A stretch of DNA of 64,000 nt, taken from Camelus dromedarius. Its lineage: Eukaryota. The stretch lies in the NCBI RefSeq assembly GCF_036321535.1, contig NC_087447.1:45818001-45882000 (forward strand). The letters run 5' to 3'. Position numbers and translations under genes: made by a program. The notes below the pieces were generated by a model. That model searched no databases. It saw only the letters and a list, made by a program, of their open reading frames with translations, and had not been told where the DNA came from. Position 1 is the first letter of the stretch; every line of letters starts with the position of its first letter. Shown here in pieces: positions 35,001 through 44,315 of the stretch.

Positions 35001-36608
35001 GTGGCCAAAGCAGGCAGCTTTTATACTTCTCAGACAAAGAAATGATATATTTGGGAGGAATTGACAGGACAAAGAAACTTAGGTTTGGGTGCCCAACTGG
35101 TGAAGAATCTAAACAGAGTTTGGGCTTGGGGTAGTAAAGTTAAAAAGTAACAGCGTTTGTTTATCTAGGACTCTTGGCCTGGATTCCCTCTTTGGTGGTA
35201 AGGGTGTCCTTCTACCTCCAGATACAGGGAGCGCACCTTTTATATGAGAGATTTATTTCCTGCTTTCAGGGAGACAGAAAGGAAGATCAGGGTGTCCCTC
35301 TTGGGTCGGCCATTTCTTAAGCAACTTTAATTCAAAATAATCATTGTGCCATTGAGGCACATTTTGGGACAGTCCATTCTGGGCTCCAGAAAGGTCATGA
35401 AGGTATAGATGGGAATTGCTCAGGGAAAATGACCTCTGATCTTTCTCATCGATTGAAGTTTTCTCAGTCAGGACAGAATCTATGACTCCTAGGATATAGA
35501 ATTTAGCTGCTTCTGTATACTCAGTCCATTTGCATTTACATATCAATTCCATTAAAATACTTCTAAAAATCTCATTCTTCACCTACTCCCTGTCCACACT
35601 GACTTTCTTAACAATCCAGTGAACTAAACTTCAACCTCCAGGGCAGGGAGTGAAGGTGGGGAGGCACATTGTATTATAGTAACTCTTTCTATATCTTTAT
35701 TTGAACTCTAGCTGGGCTGAAAGTACTTTAAGGGCATTGCTCATGTCTAATGAAATTTGGTCTATACTACAATTCTTATAAATCATACTTGATCTTTGAT
35801 TGATATTTGAGATTGATTGATTTTTGAGTTTTGTATAAAATTGCATTCTTATTATACCTTTAGTCTATTGTGACCTTGGCTGGGCACTCAGAGGCACATG
35901 ATTTACCAAATTTTTCTAGGTTAGATATTAGCAGGAAATTTTACCAGGTCCCTGAATGATCATAAAGCAGATGACTGAAACCAGTTATAAAGAGTTTTAG
36001 GTGTTTTGAATGCTAGAAAGTTTTGGAACAAATGCAGTTTCTTGAGGAATTTGAAAGTGTTTGGTAGACAGGTTTAAGAGATTTCTCAGTCAATAGGAAA
36101 AACACATCAGTCCATTTGAATCACTTCCCCAGATCCCTCACCACCTAGTAGGCTCAGAGATCCAAACCTCTGAGTGTACACTTTGCCATATGGAATAATA
36201 GAAGAGTGAGACATGAACATTTGCACTGAATTATTCATTAGGTACCATAAGCAAAATTTATTGAACTCTTACCTGGAAGAGTAATTTGTATAAGCACCAT
36301 TCTTTTACCAGCCCCCACAAATGATTTCATTTATTTTAAAATCAGAAGAAAAGAAATGAACTTAGAGATTGAAGAGAATGATTTACTATGAAACAGTAAA
36401 TATATTTGTCTTTATACCATGAAGCAATGTGTATACATATAACACACATCTGGGAGAAGAACCCACCATAGTCATAATGTGATAATGCGGTCCTGATTAA
36501 CCCACCTACCTTAGCAAAGTCCAGTCCTTTAAGGTCTGTAGCAGGGGGCACTGGGAAGGCAAGGCACCATGGCAGGAAAATTGTAGCTTTGAAGATGTCA
36601 GGCTGCAT
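31982..36608 (-). CDS. MMP26: Matrix metalloproteinase-26 (matrilysin-2/endometase), six coding exons, intact, 261 aa
   Basis: Exons 36608-36510 (99), 34556-34336 (221), 33623-33475 (149), 32852-32727 (126), 32250-32089 (162), 32010-31982 (29) = 786 nt, all GT-AG, phases compatible, no stop. Signal peptide, PRCGVTD switch, [11 protein letters not shown] zinc motif, SIMYP Met-turn, no hemopexin domain. Collinear with recalled human MMP26 ([26 protein letters not shown], ...LYGE.CSS). Confidence 0.97.
32089..32250 (-). CDS. MMP26: MMP26 exon 5 (catalytic zinc motif and Met-turn)
   Basis: [54 protein letters not shown]; acceptor ccttttcag|GA; donor G|GTCTGT. Confidence 0.97.
32727..32852 (-). 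CDS. MMP26: MMP26 exon 4 [42 protein letters not shown]
   Basis: Acceptor ttcacag|CC; donor G|GTAAAG; structural Zn/Ca ligands H158, D160, H173, H186, D165, E191. Confidence 0.96.
33475..33623 (-). CDS. MMP26: MMP26 exon 3 [49 protein letters not shown]
   Basis: Acceptor ctttcag|G; donor G|GTTAGA; 149 nt, the usual MMP exon-3 size. Confidence 0.96.
34336..34556 (-). CDS. MMP26: MMP26 exon 2 (propeptide, cysteine switch PRCGVTD)
   Basis: Acceptor ttccacccag|GAC; donor AG|GTGCTT; DYFHQFF...[10 protein letters not shown]. Confidence 0.96.
34852..35391 (-). mobile_element. Solo ERV1-type LTR (family-C related) in MMP26 intron 1, sense to MMP26
   Basis: Perfect 4-bp TSD aggt (34848-34851 and 35392-35395). 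TATAAAA on minus at 35019-35025. 3' end homologous to the LTR at 27523-28067. Confidence 0.85.
36510..36608 (-). CDS. MMP26: MMP26 coding exon 1 (signal peptide) [33 protein letters not shown]
   Basis: Kozak gccATG; donor AAG|GTAGGT. Confidence 0.93.
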
Positions 36609-36665
36609 GGCAAAGCTCATTTCTCCCCAGCCTGAATTCATGTACCAAGCATGGATCAGCAGGAC

Positions 36666-36806
36666 TTTATAGCCATGCCAGCAATGCCCAGTGACTCACA
36701 CTGCCAGTTTCTCCTTTCTTTGCATTGGTTCTTGCCGTCACTGCCCATTCTGGGTTGAACGCAGAGCCAGCCTGCCAGAGTGATGCCAGCAGCCATGGGA
36801 TTTATT
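36666..36806 (-). promoter_or_regulatory. MMP26: MMP26 proximal promoter: TATAAA (36666-36671), AP-1 TGAGTCA (36692-36698), CCAAT (36724-36728), upstream AATAAA (36801-36806)
   Basis: Motifs read directly. TATA lies about 60 nt upstream of the ATG with AP-1 20 nt further, the standard inducible-MMP layout. Confidence 0.85.
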
Positions 36807-37254
36807 TTCACCTCCATTTCACACCTGACAGCCCTCAGGACACATGGCCATAACCTTGGTTAAGGAAATACTGGAATATCTCAGATTATAGGGGATATTA
36901 TTCTTTAAAAATAGAGGGGGGAAAAAAAAGAAACAGGAGACATAGGAACAATTTATTAAAGCTTTATCTGATATAATTTCTTTACTAGTCACCGACAAAT
37001 ATCTTGCTCCAGAAGCTAAAAAGAGAAGTTGAGGAAGGGAATAGCATCCCCTGTAGTGAAGACTCAGGTCATAATATGAAAAAAAATCTCTGAGACCCAC
37101 CTAGGAGAGAGAGGAACCCACAGAAAGAGAAAGTTGCTGTGTTTGAGAATGTTTGAGAAAATACATCATTGATAATAAATTGAGAGAGACACAGAGATAA
37201 GCATACACACCCATAAGGTTTGAGCTGATAACCTTTGAAATCACAGGTACGGGT

Positions 37255-37320
37255 CTGAATATCAGCTCTGCTACTTAAAAGCTGATTTGCCTTAGGCAAG
37301 TTATTTAACATTATAAAGCC
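37255..37320. mobile_element. MIR fragment
   Basis: cagctctgctacttaaaagctgatttgccttaggcaagttatttaac. Confidence 0.65.
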
Positions 37321-38094
37321 TGACTCTGACTTGTTCTTGAAATTCTGGTGCAGAATTGTTAATAAGTGAAATCCCCATATGTTTACAGACTCATAAACTA
37401 TACCATAGACTCACTGAGGACAGAAACTTCTTTGATTTGCATTGACAGCTGTAGTACATTCTTTGGAACCTAAAAGGAACCTCTTATTTATTAGATGAAT
37501 GAAAGTGTTCAGTGAAAGCATCTCATGGCCACTAACGAGACTGGATGTAAGTTCTTTGTGTCTATTTTGCTAGTGGTAAATATGAGCATGTAACTCAGAT
37601 CTCTTGATTACAGCAGAAGATAATCATAATAACTTATTAAGTACATATGCTGTGCCAATAATGCAGTGTCTCGCTTCATGAACACAACCATTTGTGAAGT
37701 AGAAGTTTTATTTTCATATTATTGTTCAAGAAAGGAGGCTTCACGTCATTTAACTGTCATTTAGATAGTCACAATGCTCAAAGTGATATGTAGACATTAT
37801 AAACAAAAAGTATTCTACTCTGAAAGCAGCATTTTTAATCACTGGACTGGACTGCCAATTTCAAAGGGCTTGCTCCATCTCTCGTGATGCCACAAGCTGC
37901 CGTGATGCTGTTTCTGGCACTCCCAGTGTGCACCAGCAGTCTGGTTAGGCAGACTCAGGTGAGCAGTCACCTGTAAGACGGGCCCAGTGTTCAAGTAAAT
38001 GAGTGCAGGATGCTGAGACCTAGGTAACCTACGAAAGTAAATAAGTGACTTATTAATGATTTAGCTACAGATAAGAAGTATGTATTTGAAGTAT

Positions 38095-38260
38095 AGCAGT
38101 GTTTCTCAAAATGTAATGTGAGTACGAATCATCTGAAGATGTCGTTAAAAGTACAGATTTTGATTTAAAAGGTCTCAGATGGGCCTAATATTTTTAGTTT
38201 CTAACAAGCTCCTAAGCGATGCTAGTGCTGCTTGTCTGAAGATTATACTTTTTGAACAGT
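38095..38260. mobile_element. MER5-type hAT-Charlie DNA transposon (non-autonomous)
   Basis: cagtgtttctcaaaatgtaatgtg...tttctaacaagctcctaagcgatgctagtgctgc. Confidence 0.75.
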
Positions 38261-38842
38261 TATGATGTAGTGGCTGTTGAGAATGTAGGGAGTGTAGAAG
38301 CTGTGAATTCAACCAGATAATTTTTAGAATGGATACTAGATTTTTATATTTTGTTTAAAAAATGAGGACCTTTGAGAAATAAGAACCCATGTCTCCTCCC
38401 ACCCTCACCTATACTTTCACCCTCTTCATCATTCTCATAGCATCTGATGCCTGGGGATAGAAAAAAATCTGGCTTATGTCCAAAATCTTTCCCAGCAGAG
38501 TATAGATTGTTTGCCAGCTCCTTCTGGGTAAACTGTCTCAGTGGCAGAAGGAAAAATATTTTTGAAGCACAGAAATATATGACCTCTGTTTCCGTGATTG
38601 AGGTAGTAAGGTGGCATAGGGAGATTTGGGGGGACATTTTCCGGAGCTGAGAAATTATTGCCTTTGTCATGCCATCGATAACTCTGCTGGGAAAGGGTGA
38701 CTCTATGTCTAATTCATCCTGAAATAGAAGAAATGTTTCCACAACTGAACCTGACTTGGTGCTTACACTGAGGAAAGAGTTACTGCTAGAGAGTTTAGGG
38801 GATAATCAGAGATTGGAACAAGGGGACTGTTCCAATTTTTAT

Positions 38843-39583
38843 ATTTTATAAATGTGTATTTGTATTATCAGTGTTTATTCAAATAAATATAATAATAATT
38901 ATAAAAATGATAACCACAATAATAAGGAGCGGCCAACTTTTACCAGGCAGGCATCAAAGTTCCTTTGGTGGTACTGAGCAACACAGATGTTTAATTATCA
39001 TCCCATTGAATTATTTAATTATGTAAGTGTACATTTTCTCTTCTAAAACTATCCTGCATTTACAATTTAATTTTTCTGTCCAGAGAATGCCATGCAATTT
39101 GTGATGCAAAGGTTATTATGATACAAAGCCTGCCTTAAATTAGTTTACCAGCTCATAGAATGACCTGTAAATTATACAATTGTGAGACAGTGACCAGCCT
39201 TGTAATAAATATATATACAAGTTAGACTCGAGACTAACTGGATGAGATGTTAACCTGCCTGGGTTGGGCAGAGGAAGTAAATAAAGGAGATGAAGTACTC
39301 TGGGTTTTATATTTTAAAAGTTTGTAGGAATTCAGAAGAAAAAGAACCTTAGGTCATTACTTTTGGTTGAAGTATAGGTTTGTATTGAGCAAATCTCTTT
39401 CATGAAGATAAAAATTAAGAGAGATGTAAGAAACAGGCGAGGGTTTTAGAAGTCATGTAGAATAAATTATAGTCTTTACATTTTATAAATGTGTATTTGT
39501 ATTATCAGTGTTTATTCAAATAAATATAATAATAATTATAAAAATGATAACCACAATAATAAGGAGCGGCCAACTTTTACCAG
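38843..39583 (+). repeat. Perfect 104-bp direct repeat (38843-38946 and 39480-39583) around a 533-bp unique spacer
   Basis: Base-by-base comparison shows no mismatch. Confidence 0.95.
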
Positions 39584-39710
39584 TCATTAAGTGTCACACG
39601 CTATTTGCATGAATTGTTTCATTATTCCTCATTTTACAGACCAGGGAATTAAAACTCAGAGAGTTAAATAATTTTTCCAAAGTTGGGAAGCTTTAACTAG
39701 CAGAGTCTGC
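39555..39710. mobile_element. MIR SINE
   Basis: cattattcctcattttacagaccagggaattaaaactcagagagttaaataatttttccaaagtt. Confidence 0.75.
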
Positions 39711-39899
39711 AATGTTTACCTACAATACACACACATACATACACACGGGACACACATACACACACACACACACACACATGCACACATATGTATTTTATAA
39801 AAATTGTACATGTGTAACCAAACATGGATCTGCCTACAGATCCAGAAGGAGCTCCACAACCTAGTTCCAACCTTGTTTGACCAATGTAAACAGAGGCAT

Positions 39900-42827
39900 T
39901 TCTGTCTGCCCAGGGACCCAGCAAAAATCGTGCTAGTTGACACCTCTGTTAACAAGCTTGATGACTCATAAGCAGCCTTTGACTTGGCTTGACCACAGTC
40001 CTAGAGATAGTCCTATCTGTTCATAGACCTGGCAGAAGAAGGACTTTTCTTGCCAAAACCAGACTATAAAGACCAGAAAAGGTGACAGCTCCTTAAAATG
40101 CACAGACACCAATGCAAAGCTACAAGAATCATGAAGAATAAAGCAAATATGACACCAACAAATAAAACTAATAAAGCACCAGTAACTGACTCTATAGAAA
40201 TGGAGCTCTGTGAACTGCTTGACAAAGAATTCAAAATAATAATTTTTTAAAAACTCAATAAACTGCAAGAAAACACAGACCACTAAACAAAATCAGAAAA
40301 ATAATACAAGAACACAATGAGAAATTAAAGAAATAAAAACCATAAAAAAGAACCAAAGAGAAATCCTGTAGCTGAAGAATGCAATTCATGAGCTGAAAAT
40401 TCAATAGAAAACTTCAATAGCAGACTTGATTAAACAAAAGAATCAGTGAGCTCAAAAAGAAATCATTTGAAATTATGCAGTTAGAGAAACAAAAAGGAAA
40501 AAAAAAAAGAATTAAAAAGATTAGGAAAGCCTACAGGGTTTACACAGCACCATCAAGAGAACCAATACATACATTATAAAAGTCCTAGAAAAAGAAACAG
40601 AGAAAGGGGCAGAAAGCTTATTTAAAGATATAATGACTGAAACTTCTCAAATCTAGGAATGTTATTGACATCCAGATACGAGTAAAGGAACACAAATAGG
40701 TTGAATACAAAGAGGTCTACACTGAGTCACATTATAACTAAATTATCAAAATAGAAAGATAAAGAGAAGATTTTAAATCAGCAAGAAAAAAAAGTGAATT
40801 GGCACATCCAAGACAGCCCCCAGAAGACTATAAGCAGATTTCTCACCTGTCAAGGAGAGAGTAGGATGATATAATCTAAGTATTAAGAAAATAAAATGCC
40901 AACCAAGAATGCTTTACCCCATAAATCTGTCCTTTAAGAATGAAGGAGCGATAAAGACTTTACCAGACAAATAAAAACTAAGGGAATTCGTCACCAATAG
41001 ACCTGCCTTACAAGAAATGTTTTATGTTGTTTAGGTTGAAGAACTTTAAGTTGAAGAACAAGCTGTTCCAGTTAAAGTTCAAGTAGAAGAACTTCAAAGA
41101 GTTCTTCAAGTTAAAGGAAAAGACACTTAACAACATAAAAGTAAAAATCTCACTGATTTTGCCTAAGAAAATAAAAATGTCACTGTTAAATATATAAAGA
41201 CAAATACAGAATATTATAAAACAGTAATGGTAGTGTATAAGTCACTTTTAACATTAATGTATAAACTTAAAAATAGTAAAAAAAAAAAAAAAGAAACAAA
41301 ACTATAACCACTGAAATTTGTTAATGAAGAAAACAGTATAGAAAAAAGAAAATTTTGAAATCAGTTGCATAAAGTGTGCAGACATAAGGAGGTGTAGAAT
41401 ATTGAGATGAGGTTATAGTTAGTCATTAGCTTAAAATAGACTGCTGTAGATATAAAATGTTTGATGTAAACCCCATGGTGAACATGCACACATACATACA
41501 CACACACAATATATAGTAAATACACAAAAGATAAAAAACAAGAAAATGCTAAACACACAGAAAATATTTAACAAAATGGAAATAGTCATTCTTACCTTAC
41601 TGTATAAATGAAGTTTGTAGTAATAAACACCTACTTAAAAATGAAGAGAACCTCAAATAAACAACCTAACTTTACAACTCAAGGAACTAAATAAAGAACA
41701 AACTGAGCCCAAAGTAATCAGGAAAAAGAAATTAAAAAGATGAGAGCAAAAATAAATAAGGTGGAGAGTAGAGAAGTACTATAAAAATTAAAACAATTTC
41801 TTTTGTGAAAAGATAAACAAAATTGATAAACCCTTAACTAGACTAAGTAAAAAGAGAGAAACCTAAAAGCAAGCAAATTAGAAGTGAAATAGATGTTACC
41901 ACAGAAATAAAAAGATAATAAAAGAATGTTATGAAAAATTATATACCAACAAATTGAACAACCTCAAAATAATAAATTCCTTCATAGAATCTATGAAGAC
42001 TGAGTAAAAAAGAAATAGAAAGTCATACAGACCTATAACAAATAAGATTGAAGGAGTAAAGAAAAATGCCAAACAAAGAAAAGCCCAGGACCAGATGGCT
42101 TTACAAGTGATTTCTGCTAAACATTTAAGAAAGATTTAAAGAATTTATATCAATTATTTTTAAATTCTTTGTAAAAGTGGAAGTTATATCCTGAATTAAT
42201 TCTATGAGGCCAGCATCACTGTAATACCAAAGCTAGACAAAGACACCACAAGAAGAGAAAGATACAGTACAATATCCCTGATGAACNNNNNNNNNNNNNN
42301 NNNNNNNNNNNNNNNNNNNNNNNNNNNNNNNNNNNNNNNNNNNNNNNNNNNNNNNNNNNNNNNNNNNNNNNNNNNNNNNNNNNNNNNNNNNNNNNNNNNN
42401 NNNNNNNNNNNNNNNNNNNNNNNNNNNNNNCCTCACAAAATGAAGGGTGAAAATCACATGATCATCTCAATAGATGTATAAAAAGCATTTAGTAAAATTC
42501 AGTACTTTTAGTAAAACTCAAAAAACTCTCAAAAATTAGATATAGAAGAAACTTATCTTAACTCAACAAAGGCACTTTAAGAAAAGCCCACAGCTTACAT
42601 CTTACTCAGTGGTGGAAAGCTGAAAGCATTCCCTTTAAGATCTAGAACAAATCAAGGATGCCTCCTCTCATTTCTTCTTTTCAACATAGTATTGAAAGAT
42701 CTAGTCAGAGCAATGAGGCAAGAAAAAGAAATAAAAGACGTCCAAATCAGAAAGGAAGTAAAACTATCTCCGTAGGTGATACGGTGATCTTATATGTAGA
42801 ACACCCTAGACTCCACATGTGCACACG

Positions 42828-42871
<44 letters not shown>

Positions 42872-42985
42872 TGTTAGAATTAGAAAGCAACTTCAGTAAG
42901 GTCACAGGATACAAAAAGCATACAAATATAGTGACCTATTCAAAAAGGAAATTCAGAAAATGATTTCATTTACAATGGCATTCCT
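39900..42985 (+). mobile_element. Old, internally deleted L1 (ORF1, inter-ORF region, ORF2 to RT region), degenerate
   Basis: ORF1-like caaagaattcaaaataataattttttaaaaactcaataaactgcaagaaaacacagac; ORF2 aaaagcccaggaccagatggctttaca and cacatgatcatctcaatagatg. Most of the EN domain appears missing near 41590-41620. Confidence 0.85.
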
Positions 42986-43008
42986 TCATACTTGCCTAGT
43001 TTTGATGG

Positions 43009-43357
43009 TGTAATGGACTTAATATGTGTTTATGTTTCCCTAAAATTCATGTGTTGAAATTCTAACCCCCAATGTGATGATATTAGAATGTAGGGCCTTT
43101 GGAAGTTAATTGGGTAATAAAGATGGAGCCCTCATAAATGGGATTAACACTCTTATAGAAGAAACCTCCAAAGAGTTCTCTAGTCCTCTTTCTGCCATAT
43201 GATATAGCAAAAAGACTGCTGTCTTCATCAGATGCCCAGTCTACCAGCACCTTGATCTTGGACTTCTCAGTCTCCAGGATTGTGAGAAATAAGTATTTGT
43301 TGTTTAAGTTGCCCAGTCTATGGTATTTTTGTTCTAACAACCCAGATGGACTAGACA
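43009..43357 (+). mobile_element. MaLR solo LTR (MLT1A-like)
   Basis: TG...CA, ctaaaattcatgtgttgaaattctaacccccaatgtgatg, ccagcaccttgatcttggacttctcagtctccag; 5-bp flanks gatgg/gatag. Confidence 0.85.
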
Positions 43358-43790
43358 GATAGTAAATAGACAATTGCAGAAGCCACAGTTTGAGAAATGT
43401 ATGGTGGCCAAAGATGAAGTGCTGGCTGATGCTGGCAAGAATCAAAAATGAACAGTAGAAAAAGAAATAATATATAACAGTTGTGACCTCATAACTGCTA
43501 TTGTAAGGGGCTATAGATCATTCCACTAACCACCCTCTTGTTAGTTCCCAATTTTTTTTTTTAAAGCCATATGAATCCTTGGAGAAGCTGCTTCCAAAAT
43601 GCCAAAATTACTGATGCTTGTGGATTCAAGCATGCAAGGAGTGCACTGTCTATACCATCCAGATCTCCTGTCCTGCCAGGCTTTAAGCACTCATTTCTCT
43701 ACAGAGAGTGTTAACAAGTGATAGAGCTCATCTGAGTCCTTCTTGGGAACTGCTGTCTTCATATTGAAGCTGTTGCAGGAAAATGGGGCA

Positions 43791-44315
43791 TGAGAGGATG
43801 GTCATGAACCAGGTCTCTGAGTCCTTGGAACACACCCTGCCAAGTGAGGGTTCTTGGCTTCAGGCAGGAAAGAATTCAAGAGGGAGCCATAGTAAAGTGA
43901 AAGCAAGTTTATTTAGAGAGATACACACTCCATAGACAGAGTGCAGGCCATCTCACTCAGAAGGGAGAGCAGCCAGGAAGTGTGGAGGTTGTTAGCTTGT
44001 ATGGGCTGGGCAATTTCATGTGCTAATGGGGAGGAGGATTATTCCAGCTATGTTATGGGTGGGGATTTCCAGGAATTGGGCTCCCGCCCACTTTTTGGCC
44101 TTTTGGGGTCAGCCTGGGAACTGTGTGGCGCCTGTGGGTGTATCATTTAGCATGCTAATATATTAGGATGAGCGTATAATGAGGGTCAAGGTCTACCTCG
44201 AGTTGAATTTTTCGCCATCTTGGGCCTAGTCAAGTTTTAACCAATTTATGTCCTGTCCTCAGTTGCTGTGTCATTCTTTTAATGGTTGTACCCTGCCCCC
44301 TTCCCTCCTTTCTCA
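43791..44315 (-). mobile_element. ERV1-type LTR, apparently nested in an older ERVL-like LTR that ends near 44680
   Basis: gagggttcttggcttcaggcaggaaagaattcaagagggagcc...aagtttatttagagag. Downstream aataaatttctgcacacaaat...ggaacccaacttgtgac resembles an ERVL LTR end. Confidence 0.6.

Noticed and set aside
34852-35025. LTR-driven signal-less (intracellular) MMP26 enzyme
   Set aside because: The first in-frame Met after exon 1 is M226, past the zinc motif, so no active protease could result.
36342-36641. 99-aa ORF
   Set aside because: It is MMP26 exon 1 plus intron 1 read-through past the GTAGGT donor.
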